Shown here piece after piece: positions 14,019-26,718 of a stretch of DNA of 64,000 nt. The DNA lies in assembly GCA_951406725.2 (NCBI GenBank), contig OX597818.1, positions 20,894,001 to 20,958,000 on the forward strand, written 5' to 3'. Below the pieces are notes generated by a model that did no database searches, was not told the DNA's origin, and saw nothing but the letters and a program-made list of their open reading frames with translations. Every line of letters starts with the position of its first letter. Position 1 is the first letter of the stretch. Both the position numbers and the translations under genes were made by a program. The stretch is from Octopus vulgaris. Its lineage: Eukaryota.

Positions 14019-15688
14019 TAACCAGACATGTTTTTCATGGAAGACTGGAAACCACTGTGCTTGTATGATGATAATGATGATGATGGTGATGTGATGCTTA
14101 TTTACAATTATTATGTGACTAGAATACACACAAACACACATACAAAAAGACGTATATGCATGCATGCATGTATACATACATACATACATACATACATACA
14201 TACATACATACATACATACATACATACATACATACATACATACATACATACATACAAACAACAAACAGAGACAGACAGACAGGCAGGCAGACAAACAAAC
14301 AACAGACTTCTTTCAATTTCTCTCGACCATATCCACTCACAAGCCTTTAGTCAGCCTGGGGCTAAATAGAAAGCACTTACTCAAGGTGCTGCACAGTGGA
14401 ACTGAACCCAAGACCACGTGGCTGGGAAACAAGCTTCTTAACCACACAACCACGCCTGTACCTCATTATTTTGTTCAAATGTAAATATGTACCACCCAAG
14501 TATTTGAGTCAATATAATTGACAGCTCCTTCTTCCCAAACTGTGTGGTTTCGGATATATATAACAAACCACACAGAAAGGACATGAGCTAAATATCTCTG
14601 AGTTGTGCACAAATCAATGAAAATCTTCTGCACTCATTCATTTAATGTCTGAATAGTGCTGACATGAGATTTTGTCAAACTTTTGTTGTCAGGTGTAGGA
14701 TGGACCTGGCTATCAGTTGAGTCCATTGTGAAGAGTACCTTGTCTTTGTGTCCACCAAGTTTCAGTATGAGCAGCAAGAATACATAGAGACAGCAAACAA
14801 AAAGTGAGGTGGACTCTCCACATCTCATTGAAGTAAGCATAAAACAAAGAACTGATAAAACTATAAGGACCTAAAAGAAGAGGAAGGAAGTTTGAATGTG
14901 TTGATTGAGAAGAATGTAGCCTCTAGTTTTGCAAAACACCCAAATGACAGACTGCTAGTGTAAGTCACATAAGTGGTACAAACTGAAAGGACTATGAGGC
15001 TGATCCATTGGCCTGATAGAACAAATGTGAATGGTTGGTTTTGAAGTGTAATAGCTAATCAAAGATTGTCTTTCAGTAGATGTATCTCAATAGAAAAAAA
15101 GGGGTCTTTTTGGCTATGCATACCAAAACACCATGTGTCTCAAAATGGTTAAAGGGTCATAGGTACCACCCTACCTATTCTAGTGGTATTGATTATATAC
15201 TACCCAGAGCAACTCTTGAGTATGCCATCGCTTGTCCCCTATATAGTCTTATACAGCAGACCCAAAAGTGCCCCACTCCCTTAAAATGTTGCTCCCATAA
15301 AAATTCCACCCAGAATGGACTGCTCCCATCACCCAACCTTTTAGCTATGCTACTGACCTACTCTGACTGGATTGTGAAAAAAAAGAATTTTTAGATAAAC
15401 AAACGAAAAAGAACAATCTTAATTTCATAAAAATGGCTCTGCATTTTTCCTTTTCCATACTTTATTTGCAAAAGCTTTTAATATTTGGTCACATACAACC
15501 AGAACTTTCTGCAATAAGTGGTTTTATAGTCTCATCATTTTAATTAATGACCTATCATAAAATCATCACTCATAACACTCTGCTTATGTTTTATGGAACA
15601 AGACTACAAAACTAAAGCTGCTATAAATGGTTTCTAATTCTGTCGCAAGGCCAGTATATGTATGTATATATATATATATATATATATA

Positions 15689-16642
15689 TCATCATCATCA
15701 TCGTTTAATGTCCGCTTTCCATACTAGCATAGGTTGGACAATTGACTGAGCGCTGGTGAACCAGATGGCTGCACAAGGCCTCAAACTTGATCTGGCAGAG
15801 TTTCTACAGCTGGATGCCCTTCCTAACGCCAACCACTCCGAGAATGTAGTGGGTGCTTTTCCGTGCCAGTCAGGCGGTACTGGCAATGACCTCGCTCAAA
15901 TCCTTTACATATGCCACCGGCACAGGTGCCAGTAAGGCAATACTGGTAACGATCATGCTCGAATGGTGCCTTTTAAGTTCACTGGCACGGAAGCCGGTTA
16001 GCCGCTCTGTCAATGATCACGCTTGTATGGTGCTCTTTGCACCCTGCTAGCACGGACGCCAGTCATCGATTTTGATTTTGATTTTGATTTCACTTGCCTC
16101 AACAGGTCTTCGCAAGCAGATTTTTACTGTACAAAGAAGGAAAAGGTACACATAAGTGGGCTGGTTACGCCCCTGACATAGGCCACGAGGTTATGGTCTC
16201 ATTTGGTTTGCCAGGTCTTCTCATGCACAGCATATTTCCAAAAGTCTCGGTCACTAGTCATTTCCTTGGTGAGGCCTAAAGTTCGAAGGTCATGCTTCAC
16301 CACTTCATCCCAAGTCTTCCTGGGTCTACCTCTTCCACAGGTTTCCTCAACCGCTAGGGTGTGGCACTTTTTCACACAGCTGTCCTCATCCATTCTCGCC
16401 ACATGACCATACCAGTGCAGTTGTCCCTCTTGCACACCTCATCTGATGCTTCTTAGGTCTAACATTTCTCTCAAGGTACTTACACTCTGTCGAGTATGCA
16501 CACTGACATTACACATCCATCGAATCATACTGGCTTCATTCCTTGCAAGCTTACGCATGTCCTCAGCAGCCACAGCCCATGTTTCACTGCCATGTAGCAT
16601 GGCTGTTCATACACATGCGTCATACAGTCTACCTTTTACTCT
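15689..16642 (-). mobile_element. RTE-clade LINE 3' fragment (ORF C-terminus + 3'UTR + (GAT)n tail)
   Basis: MLHGSETW..., LHWYGHVARM, GRGRPRKTWDEVV motifs. Confidence 0.88.
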
Positions 16643-16679
16643 GGTGGTGGTGGTGGTGGTGGTGGTGATGATGATGATG

Positions 16680-17201
16680 AAGCAGTACCAGGTAGTGGCT
16701 CTCGTGGCTTCTGATCTTAACTGATTGGAAGTGTTATCATGTACATTGTTTTGGCCTGATATAAAAGATGGGCTACAGCAAATATTCTGCTTAGTACCAC
16801 AGATTTGCTTGTCAGTTGTTTGACCATAACCAGTTGAGAATGTCCCTTAGTGGCTGACGATATGTGCATCTCTGATCACGAACAGAAGTAGTTGGGGAGC
16901 ATCATAGCCATGTGTTGAAAGGAATTTTGGGGGCTTTGAATAATACATCTTTGGAAACATAGGTATTTTGTTAATCATTCTTAAACAATCCTTATTCAGG
17001 GACTTTTTGAGCAGGATGGAGCCCCACCTGCAAGGTCATGCACTGTTTATCATGATATAAGGTCACCATGTTGCGCACATATGGTTGTGATGCATGTGCC
17101 TGGTGTACCATTATTAGACAAATAGTCATGATGGGTTTATTGGGCATCATATATTTAAGTACCCCAGTGTCATTTTGATGGCATGCACTGTTCTCTCACC
17201 C

Positions 17202-17269
<68 letters not shown>
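16680..17269 (+). mobile_element. Retroposon 3' portion with (AAT)n tail
   Basis: Second copy at ~49910-50163 with the same end. Confidence 0.7.
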
Positions 17270-17270
<1 letters not shown>

Positions 17271-17273
<3 letters not shown>

Positions 17274-17694
17274 CTTTTACTCTTTTACTTGTTTCAGTCA
17301 TTTGACTGTGGCCATGCTGGAGCACCGCCTTTAGTCGAGTAAATTGACCACAGGACTTATTCTTTGTAAGCTTAGTACTTATTCTATTGGTCTCTTTTGC
17401 CGAACTGCTAACTTACGGGGATGTAAACACACCAGCATCAGTTGTCAAGTGATGTTGGGGGGACAAACACAGACACACAAACATATACACACATACATAT
17501 ATATATATGTATATATATATACACACATATACAACAGGGTTCTTTCAGTTTCCGTCTACCAAATCCACTCACAAGGCTTTGGTTGGCCCAAGGCTATAGT
17601 AGAAGACACTTGCCCAAGGTGCCACGCAGTGGGACTGAACCCGGAACCATGTGGTTGGTAAGCAAACTACTTACCACACAGCCACTCCTACGCC
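17271..17694 (-). mobile_element. tRNA-derived SINE (third family; internal microsatellite, (gtaaaaga)n tail)
   Basis: Head ggagtggctgtgtggtaag, caccttgggcaagtgtctt core. Confidence 0.85.
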
Positions 17695-17719
17695 TAATGA
17701 TGATGCTGATGATGATGCT

Positions 17720-17750
<31 letters not shown>

Positions 17751-18449
17751 ACCATAGAAACAGCCAAATCAATGTAATTGACTGCCTACTTCCCTTAAAT
17801 TTCAAGCCTTGTAATTATATAAGAAAAAACTATAATTGCTGCTATTACTGCTACTACTGCTGCTGCTGCTATTGTTGTTGTTGTGGAAGTGGCAGTCATG
17901 GTGGTGGTGGTGGTGGTGGTTACTACTGTTTGTAACTGTTGCTGCTGTTGATGTTGGTGTTGATGTTGTCGTTTTCTTTGTCGCTGTCGTATTGCTGTGC
18001 TCCAGTTCAGTCCTGTCCAGTACATTCTACTGACCCAAACCCCACCTCCTCCATCCACCACCACCACCCACCATAACCACAATCTCCACTAGCCATTCCA
18101 CCTTTCCTGCCGTACTCCCCTCCCCTGCCACGCCCAACTCCAGCTGCTCATGTTCCATCTTGAAGAGAAATATATCAATAATAATAATAATAATACTTAT
18201 AATAATAATAATAATAATAATAATAATTAATAATAATGATGATGATGATGATGATGATGATAACTGTAACAGCCAAAGTTATGAGACTATGTCAATAAGT
18301 CATAGCAAAAATAATGTGTATGTACATAAGGCTGAGTGTGTGTGTTTGTGTGTACACGTATGCATGCATCTGAGTTTATGTGAATGCATGGTCATGATTC
18401 AATGTGATTGTGTGTGTGTGTGAGTGAATGAGTGTGCATGTGTGTACAA

Positions 18450-18489
<40 letters not shown>

Positions 18490-18867
18490 GTGTACATCAG
18501 TTTGTTGACATATTCAAAAATGTTTGCATATATCTGTGTATGTATAAATTTCTGCTTTTGTGTGTGTGTGTGTGTGCATGCATTCACATATATGTATGTA
18601 TTTGTGTGAGGAGTGTTTCAGTGTATATTGCTACGTTTATGAGTTTACGTGTAAGTTTGCTCGGCTATGCTTCTTCATGTATTGCTATGTATGTATGTAT
18701 ACTTCTGTATGTGCTTCTGTGTGTAGGTATCAAAGGTTATGTATGTGTATTATTTAAGTGTATGAGTTTGTATCTATACATATATATATATATATATATA
18801 CCGGAGTAAGCACATAAATGTGAAACAAGGTGGAAAAAAGAGTACACAAATACCAGAGGTAGAGTAA

Positions 18868-19050
18868 TATGCTTTATATAAAAGCAGCAGAAATATAGCA
18901 AAAGCTGTTACTCAGAGTTTCACGTTCGTCGAACAGTTTTGTTAGAAGAAAAATAAAATATTTATTTTAACAAAACCGTCCAACGAACGTGAACGTGAAA
19001 CTCTGAGTAACAGCTTTTGTTAAATTTCTGTTGCTTTTAAATAAAGTATA
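18868..19050. repeat. Inverted repeat (~80-bp arms) with degenerate hammerhead-like motifs
   Basis: ctgttactcagagtttcacg / cgtgaaactctgagtaacag. Confidence 0.88.
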
Positions 19051-19053
19051 TAT

Positions 19054-19127
<74 letters not shown>

Positions 19128-19242
19128 TGATAGATAGCCGGATAGATATAGATATGTACGTATGTGCATATGTATGTGTGTATGTGTATGTGTGGCAGTG
19201 TATCAAGGTATGTATATGTATGTAGATGTGCATGTATGTATA

Positions 19243-19487
19243 CAATAATCTCTCAACTATTGCAGTAGTTGTTACATTCCAAAACTCCCTACAACAGATG
19301 AAAATCCATGAAGTAGAAACAGTATTAATTGTACTGTATATTTTTTTATTATCATTTTTATAATTTGTATATATCCATTTTATTATAAACGTAAAACAAC
19401 ACCACAGAGGAATCGACATAAGCTTGAATAATAAACCGCGATAGGTGAGCTGCAACAGGTGAACCGCGATATGGCGAGGGATTACTG
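19243..19487. mobile_element. Tigger-like MITE
   Basis: TA-flanked imperfect TIRs of the cagtaatccctcg type; second copy at 27366. Confidence 0.75.
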
Positions 19488-20139
19488 TATATGTTTGTGT
19501 GTGTGTGTCTGTGTGTGTCTGTGTGTGTATGTGTGTGTGTGGGTGTTAAGCCATCAGCAGGGAACAAACATCAAACTTGCATGTCCAGGTTTCATTCATA
19601 TCCGGAGTGGGAGAGAGAGAGAAAACTTAAATATCTATAACATCCCTTTCCTTCTCAGTTTGTTCCCTCCCACTCTCACTCTCTTTCCCCATCTCTCTTT
19701 TACAACTCTGGTCCTCCTCTTACTGTCACCTTTTTCTCTCTCTCTCTCGCTCTCCCTCTCTCTTTCTCTCTCTCGCTCTCTCTCACTGTTACTGCATCCA
19801 CTCCAGTTTGGTCCACTGCAGATGACAATAGCAACCAACTGGGATAAACAAAAAGGTAACCATCAAGAGGAGAGACCGATGATACTGTAAGAGAGACCTA
19901 GGAAGACTAAGAGAAAGGGAAACTTAGTAACTAGGAGAAAGAGAGAGAGAGAGAGGGGGGAGAGACAGAAATACAGATTTTAGGGCTTTGCAAGAGATAT
20001 TTCAGGATAGAAAGCAGAAGAGATTAAAAGATTAAGAAAGAACAAGTGAGACAAATACATATATATATACATAAATACATATACATACATCTAAACATAT
20101 ATATATATATATATATATATACATACAGACAGACACACA

Positions 20140-20183
<44 letters not shown>

Positions 20184-20724
20184 CTCAGATGCAGAGACAG
20201 GTAAGGGGGATAGAGAGAAGGGGAGAGAGAGAAAGATGAAGGAATAGAGAAAAGTAGACCAGACGTGAATAAGATAAACAAAAACAAAGAGAGATTAAGA
20301 GAAATGGAAAGACATTTGGCAAGAACAGCAGAAGAGGGCAGAAAATAACAGATGAAACTAGGAGAAACTGAAACAAGTGATTAGAAGAACTAGTAACAAC
20401 AGTAAAAACCAGGAGAGACCAAGAGAAAAAACAGCAAAGACGAAGAGAGAGCAAAGAGAACAGAAAATGTGAGGGGAAACCAAATGAGACCAAAGAAATC
20501 AAGAAAGGCCAGGAAAGGCCAAAACACAAAGAAGTGACTAAGAAAACATAGGGATGATGAGGAGAGAATAAAAAAAGGAACGAAAGAGATTATAAAAAGT
20601 AAAACAAGATCAAATATATTGAAAGGAACTAAAAGAGAGAGAGAGATAGTAAGAAAGAAAGAGAGACCAGTGGTAAGAGCAGAAGGAAACATTCCAGAAC
20701 CTCTGTGGTGTATTTTGCTTTTAG

Positions 20725-20756
20725 GAGATTCTTTGTCCCAAAATCAGGATGACTGG
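20725..20756 (+). CDS. Candidate upstream micro-exon of WDR49-like gene (ATG at 20749)
   Basis: ttttag|GAGATT...ATGACTGG|gtaagt. The phase-2 end joins 34613 in frame (MTG|FDKDLPNKL). Confidence 0.35.
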
Positions 20757-21135
20757 GTAAGTTGTATAATGTTTGATTGTTGTTGATTTAGATGTTGTTG
20801 TTGTTGTTGTTGTAGCTGCTACTTTGTTGTTTATTCTTCATTTTGATGTTTTAGGCGGTTTTATGAAACATGTTGATGAAAAATTCACATGTAACGGTTT
20901 TATAAATATGTGCATGTGTGTATATGTTAATCTAGGTATATCAATGCATATGCATATACATGCATATATATGCTTAGGCAGTAAGTTCAGGCTGGTTATG
21001 CAGTTTAGAAAATTGCCTCAGTCCTTCTGTGTGGCACTTAGAGCAAGTGTCTTCTACTATAACCCCAGGCTGACCAAAGCTTAGCAAGTGGATTTAGTAG
21101 ACTGAAGCCGAAAGAAGCCTATGGCATATGTTTCT

Positions 21136-21446
21136 ACATACATACATACATACATACATACATACATACATACATACATACATACATACATACATACATG
21201 CATGCATGCATACATACATACATACATACATACATGCATGCATGCATGCATGCATACATACATACATACATACATACATACATAAATACATACATAAATA
21301 CATACATACATGCATGCATGCATACATACATACATACGTACATGCATGCATGCATGCATGCATACATACATACATACATACATACATACATAAATAAAAA
21401 AAAACATACATAAATACATACATACATGCATACATACATATAAACA

Positions 21447-21476
<30 letters not shown>
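21136..21476. repeat. (TACA)n/(TGCA)n compound microsatellite
   Basis: Direct inspection. Confidence 0.95.
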
Positions 21477-21481
<5 letters not shown>

Positions 21482-22764
21482 CAGGTTATCCCATAAGTTC
21501 TGCCCGAATTTTGAATAAAGAAAACAAGCGATCAAATGTTATATTTAAATGAAATTTAATCATCAATGTGCTTTCTCTGATTATCTATGTCTTCCTTCCA
21601 TCTATTTACAAGCTTTTTAATCCCATCAATGTAAAACTCTTTTGGTTTCAAAGCCAAGAACTCTGAAATGTCAGTTTTGACCTCCTCCTGGCTTGCAAAA
21701 GTTATGCCCCACAAATGATTCTGTAAACTATGAAACAGATGGTAGTCTGAAGGAGCAAAGTCGGGAGAATAAGGTGGATGAGGAATTTTTTCCCAACCAA
21801 GCTCTTCGATCTTCTGTGATATGATCTTTGCAGTGTGGAGTCGTGTATTGTCCTGATGAAACATCACTCCTTTTCGATTCACTAAAGCAGGTCTTTTTTT
21901 CTTCAAAGCTTGGTTCTAACACTCTAATTGCTGAGAGTAGACTTGAACATTGATTGTTGCATTAGGTGGTAACAATTCAAAGTGAATTACTCCTTTGCAA
22001 TCCCACCAGATAGAGAGAAGAACCTTTCTCCCATGAAGTTCCCTTCTCGGTTGTGGTTGAGCCTTTTCCCTTTTACCAAGCCACTGTTTACGATGTTTAA
22101 CATTTTGATAGATGATCCATTTTACGTCACCAATCACAAGTCTATCCAAAAAGGGTGAAATGAGTTTGGGAGAATGGAGAGAGAAGATGTCAACTCGAGA
22201 TTTGCGGTTGCTTTTGGACCATTCATGAGGTACCCATTTTCCAAGTTTAGGAACCTTTCCAAGTTGTTGAAGATGACAATGAACAGTTGTATGGTTTGAA
22301 CTTAGCTTTGTTGCCAATTCTTCAACTGATAATGCAGGATTTTCTTCAAGTAATGCCTCATGGAGCTTATCATCAAACTCAACTGGATGTCCTATTTGAT
22401 CTTCATCTTCAAGGCTGAAATCTCCACTTCTGAATTTTGCAAACCATCTTCTGCAAGTTCTTTCATTCAAGCATTCTTTCCCATAAATTGAGTGTATGTT
22501 TCAAGTTGCTTCGGCTGCAGAGTTTCCTTTTTTGTACGCATAAAGCATTATGTCCCTCAAATGCTCTTTGGATACTTCCATGTTAGAAAGGGTTTTAATC
22601 AAAGAAATTTTAATTCTATTATTCTGTAAAATAATATTTAATTAGTTTAAATGTACACAAATGCATAAAAATAATTTTTAATTCCATTAGACATTCTAAA
22701 ATACTATTAAATTTCATTCAATTTTAAAAAGGGTAAAATTGAACAGAACTTATGGGATGACCTG
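21482..22764 (-). mobile_element. Near full-length mariner (DD34D) DNA transposon, decayed
   Basis: ~30-bp imperfect TIRs (caggttatcccataagttctg / cagaacttatgggatgacctg), 1283 bp, next to a TA run on the left. Confidence 0.92.
21556..22581 (-). pseudogene. Mariner transposase with stops/frameshifts
   Basis: MEVSKEHLRDIMLY..., RRWFAKFRSG, WVPHE, GDVKW, HQDN, YSPDFAPSDYHLF; split over several ORFs. Confidence 0.9.
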
Positions 22765-23322
22765 TGGGGGAGGTAACAACTTGGGACCAATTCGAATTCA
22801 GCACCAGTTCAAAGAAATCGTCTGCACTTTGCGGCCAACGGAAGGCCTCCCGGTCAATCTCAGGGAAATTGAAGTCCCCCGCAACATACACATATGTGGC
22901 TGTTTTCATGGCAGCCGCCCTGAGGATATCAAAAAGCTGTGCGTCTTGGCGATAATTTGGAGGACGGTAAACGACTCCGAGCAGAAGTGTTGACATGGTC
23001 ATGTGTACATTGCAGAAAAATACCTCCTGCTGAGATTGGTTCAAATCATCACAGGGGATTGCCGATAGACTTGATCGAACATAAATCATCACACCCCCTC
23101 CACGGCGATTAATGCGGTCTTTGCGGAACAGGTTGTAGCCGGCTATGCTGAAAACTCCATCACAGAGTGCAGAGTGTGCCCACGTTTCCGTGACTGTGAT
23201 GAAATCTGGGTTGATACTTTTGACGTAGGAGACAAAAAGATGCACCGTGTTACATAAACTACAGGCATTCAAGGACAGCAGTCTATATCTGGATTTCAGA
23301 TGATGATATACAGGGGATGGCT
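22765..23322 (-). pseudogene. Inverted AP-endonuclease domain of LINE ORF2
   Basis: LLSLNACSL, ITVTETW, RKDR..RRGGGVMIYV, VVYRPP, AGDFNFPEI, QVVTSPT motifs. Confidence 0.88.
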
Positions 23323-23324
23323 GA

Positions 23325-25079
23325 TTTGAACAACGCATTGCAGCTAACCCTGACAGCAAAGGGTTCTGGAAATATGTGCACTCAAAGCAGAGACCCCACT
23401 TTCCTGTTGGTCCCCTTCGCAATCCCCACACAGGACAGATTACTGGCAATCCCGAAGAATGTGCAGAAATCATTGCTGGATGCTATGCCGGCATCTTTAC
23501 TGTCGAAGACCAAAATGTTCCATCATCATCACCACTGACATCGGACTCTATATCTTCTATGCAATTTACACCAGCAATGCTGCAACGCCACCTAAAGAAT
23601 AAATGCAATTATGCCTCTCCTGGTCTCAATGGTGTTACATACCTACTTCTCAAACGCAGTGGGTACTTTCTTCTAAGCCAACTTTCTCTATTCTTCCAAT
23701 TCTGTCTTGACAATGGTGTTACTCCAGAACAGTGGAAAACTGCCAGTGTCATCCCTCTGTTCAAAAAAGGCGACCGCACATCGCCTGTCAACTATCGCCC
23801 CGTCAGTCTTACCAGCTGCATCGCCAAACTGATGGAATCCTGTATCAGAGAAACCCTCTGGAACTTCTGGAAGTCTCACAGCCTCATCCAGCCGTCACAA
23901 TTCGGATTTATTCCTAACTCCAGCTGCTGTAATCAACTCATCGAGTTTCTTGAGGATGTTACCCAAATCACTGATCGCGGATCCTGGGTGGATGTTGTTT
24001 ACCTGGACTTTGCTAAGGCTTTTAACTCTGTGCCACACAAAAGACTTATGGTGAAGCTTTCTGCGTTGGGTGTAAGAGACGAACTCTATAACTGGTTAAA
24101 GTCCTTTATTTTCGGCCGAAAAGAGGTTGTCACAGTTCTAGGACAGCACTCTTCGCCCTATGAGATGACATCTGGTGTGCCGCAGGGATCTGTTCTTGGC
24201 CCCCTTTTATTTGTTGCATATGTTAATGACATAGATGCCAACTTAAAGAATGCCACAGTGCTGAAATATGCAGATGACATCAAGCTGTACCTCGAAATAA
24301 AGAAGTCAAATCCTATACACTATGGATCTCTATTGCAAGTAGACCTGGACACAATGCAGCAGTGGATCATGGACTGGCAACTCAAGCTGGCTGTGGACAA
24401 ATGTACCACCATGCATTTTGGGAGGAGAAACCCAGCGTCCACCTACTCCCTCCACAACACTAGTCTCAAAAAGTCTTCAAGTGAACGTGACCTGGGTGTT
24501 ATTGTCGACAGTGATTTGCGTTGGACAAAACACATCGCCAAAATTGTCAAGAAGGCTGAGGGTGTCTTGGCATCACTCACCAAATCCTTTGTGAGCCGCT
24601 CTCCGGCTATCTATCTGCAGCTTTATATAGCTATGGTAAGACCTCACCTGGAATTTGCATCACCGGTCTGGAACCCCTATCTTGCCCAGGACATCAATCG
24701 TCTGGAAGCTGTTCAGCGACGTGCAACCAAAAGAATACCCTCCATCAGGCATTTGCCATATCCTGAACGCCTTACTTCCCTGGGCATGGACACATTGAAA
24801 CTCCGACGTCTGGCAGCTGACCTGGCAGACACCCACAAAATTATCAACCATCGCACAAACAATAACACTGAGCACCTCTTCAAACTCCACCCATCTAACA
24901 CCCGTGGACATATTTACAAAGTAAGAAAACAGCACAGCTCCCATGACTTCAGGAAACATTTTTTCACGCTGAGAGTTACTGAAGCGTGGAACAAACTGCC
25001 GGCATCGGTTGTTAGTTGTCGGAGCACTGCATCCTTCAAGACTTCCATGCTTCCTGAGATTCGCCAACACTACACTTGA
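23325..25079 (+). CDS. LINE ORF2 reverse transcriptase + C-terminal domain (N-terminally truncated, open to stop)
   Basis: FWKYVHSK, NYRPVSLTS, YLDFAKAF, SGVPQGSVLGPLLF, YADD, TRGH, FFTLRV..WNKLP (CR1-type C-terminus). Confidence 0.9.
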   Translation, partial: FEQRIAANPDSKGFWKYVHSKQRPHFPVGPLRNPHTGQITGNPEECAEIIAGCYAGIFTVEDQNVPSSSPLTSDSISSMQFTPAMLQRHLKNKCNYASPGLNGVTYLLLKRSGYFLLSQLSLFFQFCLDNGVTPEQWKTASVIPLFKKGDRTSPVNYRPVSLTSCIAKLMESCIRETLWNFWKSHSLIQPSQFGFIPNSSCCNQLIEFLEDVTQITDRGSWVDVVYLDFAKAFNSVPHKRLMVKLSALGVRDELYNWLKSFIFGRKEVVTVLGQHSSPYEMTSGVPQGSVLGPLLFVAYVNDIDANLKNATVLKYADDIKLYLEIKKSNPIHYGSLLQVDLDTMQQWIMDWQLKLAVDKCTTMHFGRRNPASTYSLHNTSLKKSSSERDLGVIVDSDLRWTKHIAKIVKKAEGVLASLTKSFVSRSPAIYLQLYIAMVRPHLEFASPVWNPYLAQDINRLEAVQRRATKRIPSIRHLPYPERLTSLGMDTLKLRRLAADLADTHKIINHRTNNNTEHLFKLHPSNTRGHIYKVRKQHSSHDFRKHFFTLRVTEAWNKLPASVVSCRSTASFKTSMLPEIRQHYT

Positions 25080-25202
25080 TTTTCTCCCCTCCATACACAC
25101 ACAAGCATGTTCACTTTCCAGACATTTCTACATTACTGCATGTACTTTATATGCACTTTCTGACAAGTTGTGGTGCACCTGAGCACTGTATACAATAATT
25201 TC

Positions 25203-25234
<32 letters not shown>

Positions 25235-25237
25235 TAA

Positions 25238-25271
<34 letters not shown>

Positions 25272-26067
25272 TTGTGTCTGTATTTCTCACCACCCCCACT
25301 GCTTGACAATAGGTGTTGGTGTGTTTATATCCCTGTGACTTAGCAGTTTGGTGAAAGAGACTGATAGAATTTGAAAAATAAAGTCTTGGATCAATACATT
25401 CAACTAAAAACCCTTCAAGGTGGTACCCCAGCATGGCCGCAGTGAAATGACAGAAACAAATAAAAGATAAAGGATATATACATATAAATATTCTTATAAG
25501 TGTGTGTGTGTGAGTGCATGTATGTGTCTAGATCTGTATGTACATTTGTATCTTTTTGTCTTGACATCACACAATAGTTGCAAGTGATCAGCATCATACA
25601 AGTGTGTTGTCCTTCATTTCCAATCTTCCATGGAAACATGTCTAGCTAAGGGGAAATATTACCTTACTTGAAACAGGTGAGGGTCGGTGACAGCAAGAGC
25701 ATCCAACTGTAGAAAATGTGCCGCAGAGAATTTCATCTGGCTCATGCCGACATGGAAAAATGGGCACTAAAATTATAGATAGATAAATGGGCTGACAGAG
25801 AGACTGACAGCTATGGATATATACATTTGCAGGTTTGATAAGGGCCAATACACAAAACTCTTGGATTTTAACTGACTCTGTAATTTCCACTGATATATAT
25901 GTGTGTATATATACATATATATACATATATATATAAATTATTGACTGCAGTGTTTATTCTGACCATATCGCATGAGGAGCTTTAAGGCGGGCAATTTAAA
26001 CTGGTTGTGTACATACGTGCATATATATGTATGTATATATGTTTGTATATGTAAGTATATCGTATGT

Positions 26068-26110
<43 letters not shown>

Positions 26111-26127
26111 TCATGTGCTATGAGAGT

Positions 26128-26186
26128 ATTCCACTGATGAAGGCAGAGCATCTCTTATGCAAAGCCAGAAATCCAGGATCTCGAAT
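26128..26186 (+). ncRNA. Minimal type I hammerhead-like motif
   Basis: auucca-CUGAUGA-a-ggc..gcau/augc..gcc-a-GAAA-uccagga-UC-ucgaau. Confidence 0.6.
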
Positions 26187-26341
26187 TATCTAGTAATTTT
26201 TTTTTGCTAGTTTATTTTGTCACTGTCTTCTCTCCAAGTGCTATATGAGCATTTAATGTGGTTTTAGAGTCAAGCTTTGACTGCTATTTTCAGCGTAGTG
26301 GTATCTCTTAGATATCCTAAATTATAATTTTGTATATATAT

Positions 26342-26718
26342 ACTCTTTTACTCTCTTTTACTTGTTTCAGTCATTTGACTGCGGCCATGCTGGAGCACCA
26401 CCAAATCGACCACAGGACTTATTCTTTCGGTTGCTTTTGCCAAACCGCTAAATGACGGTGACGTAAACACACCAGCATTGGTTGTCAAGCAATGCTAGGG
26501 AACAAACACAGACACACAAACATACACACATATATATATATTTATACATATATACGACAGGCTTCTTTCAGTTTCCTTCTACCAAATCCACTCACAAGGC
26601 TTTGGTCGGCCCGAAGCTATAGTAGAAGACACTTGCCCAAGATGCCACGCAGTGGGACTGAACCCGGAACTATGTGGTTGGTAAGCAAGCTACTTACCAC
26701 ACAGCCACTCCTGCGCCT
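26342..26718 (-). mobile_element. SINE, third family
   Basis: Same head, core and tail. Confidence 0.85.

Larger units (their letters stand above)
22765..25218 (+). mobile_element. CR1-clade LINE, 5'-truncated with inverted 5' segment, (ATT)n tail
   Basis: Minus-strand AP-endonuclease segment joined at ~23323 to the plus-strand RT ORF, 3'UTR and ATT tail. Confidence 0.9.

Noticed and set aside
22724-23473. 249-aa minus ORF as an independent endonuclease gene
   Set aside because: Chimeric read-through of antisense RT sequence, inverted EN and the mariner TIR
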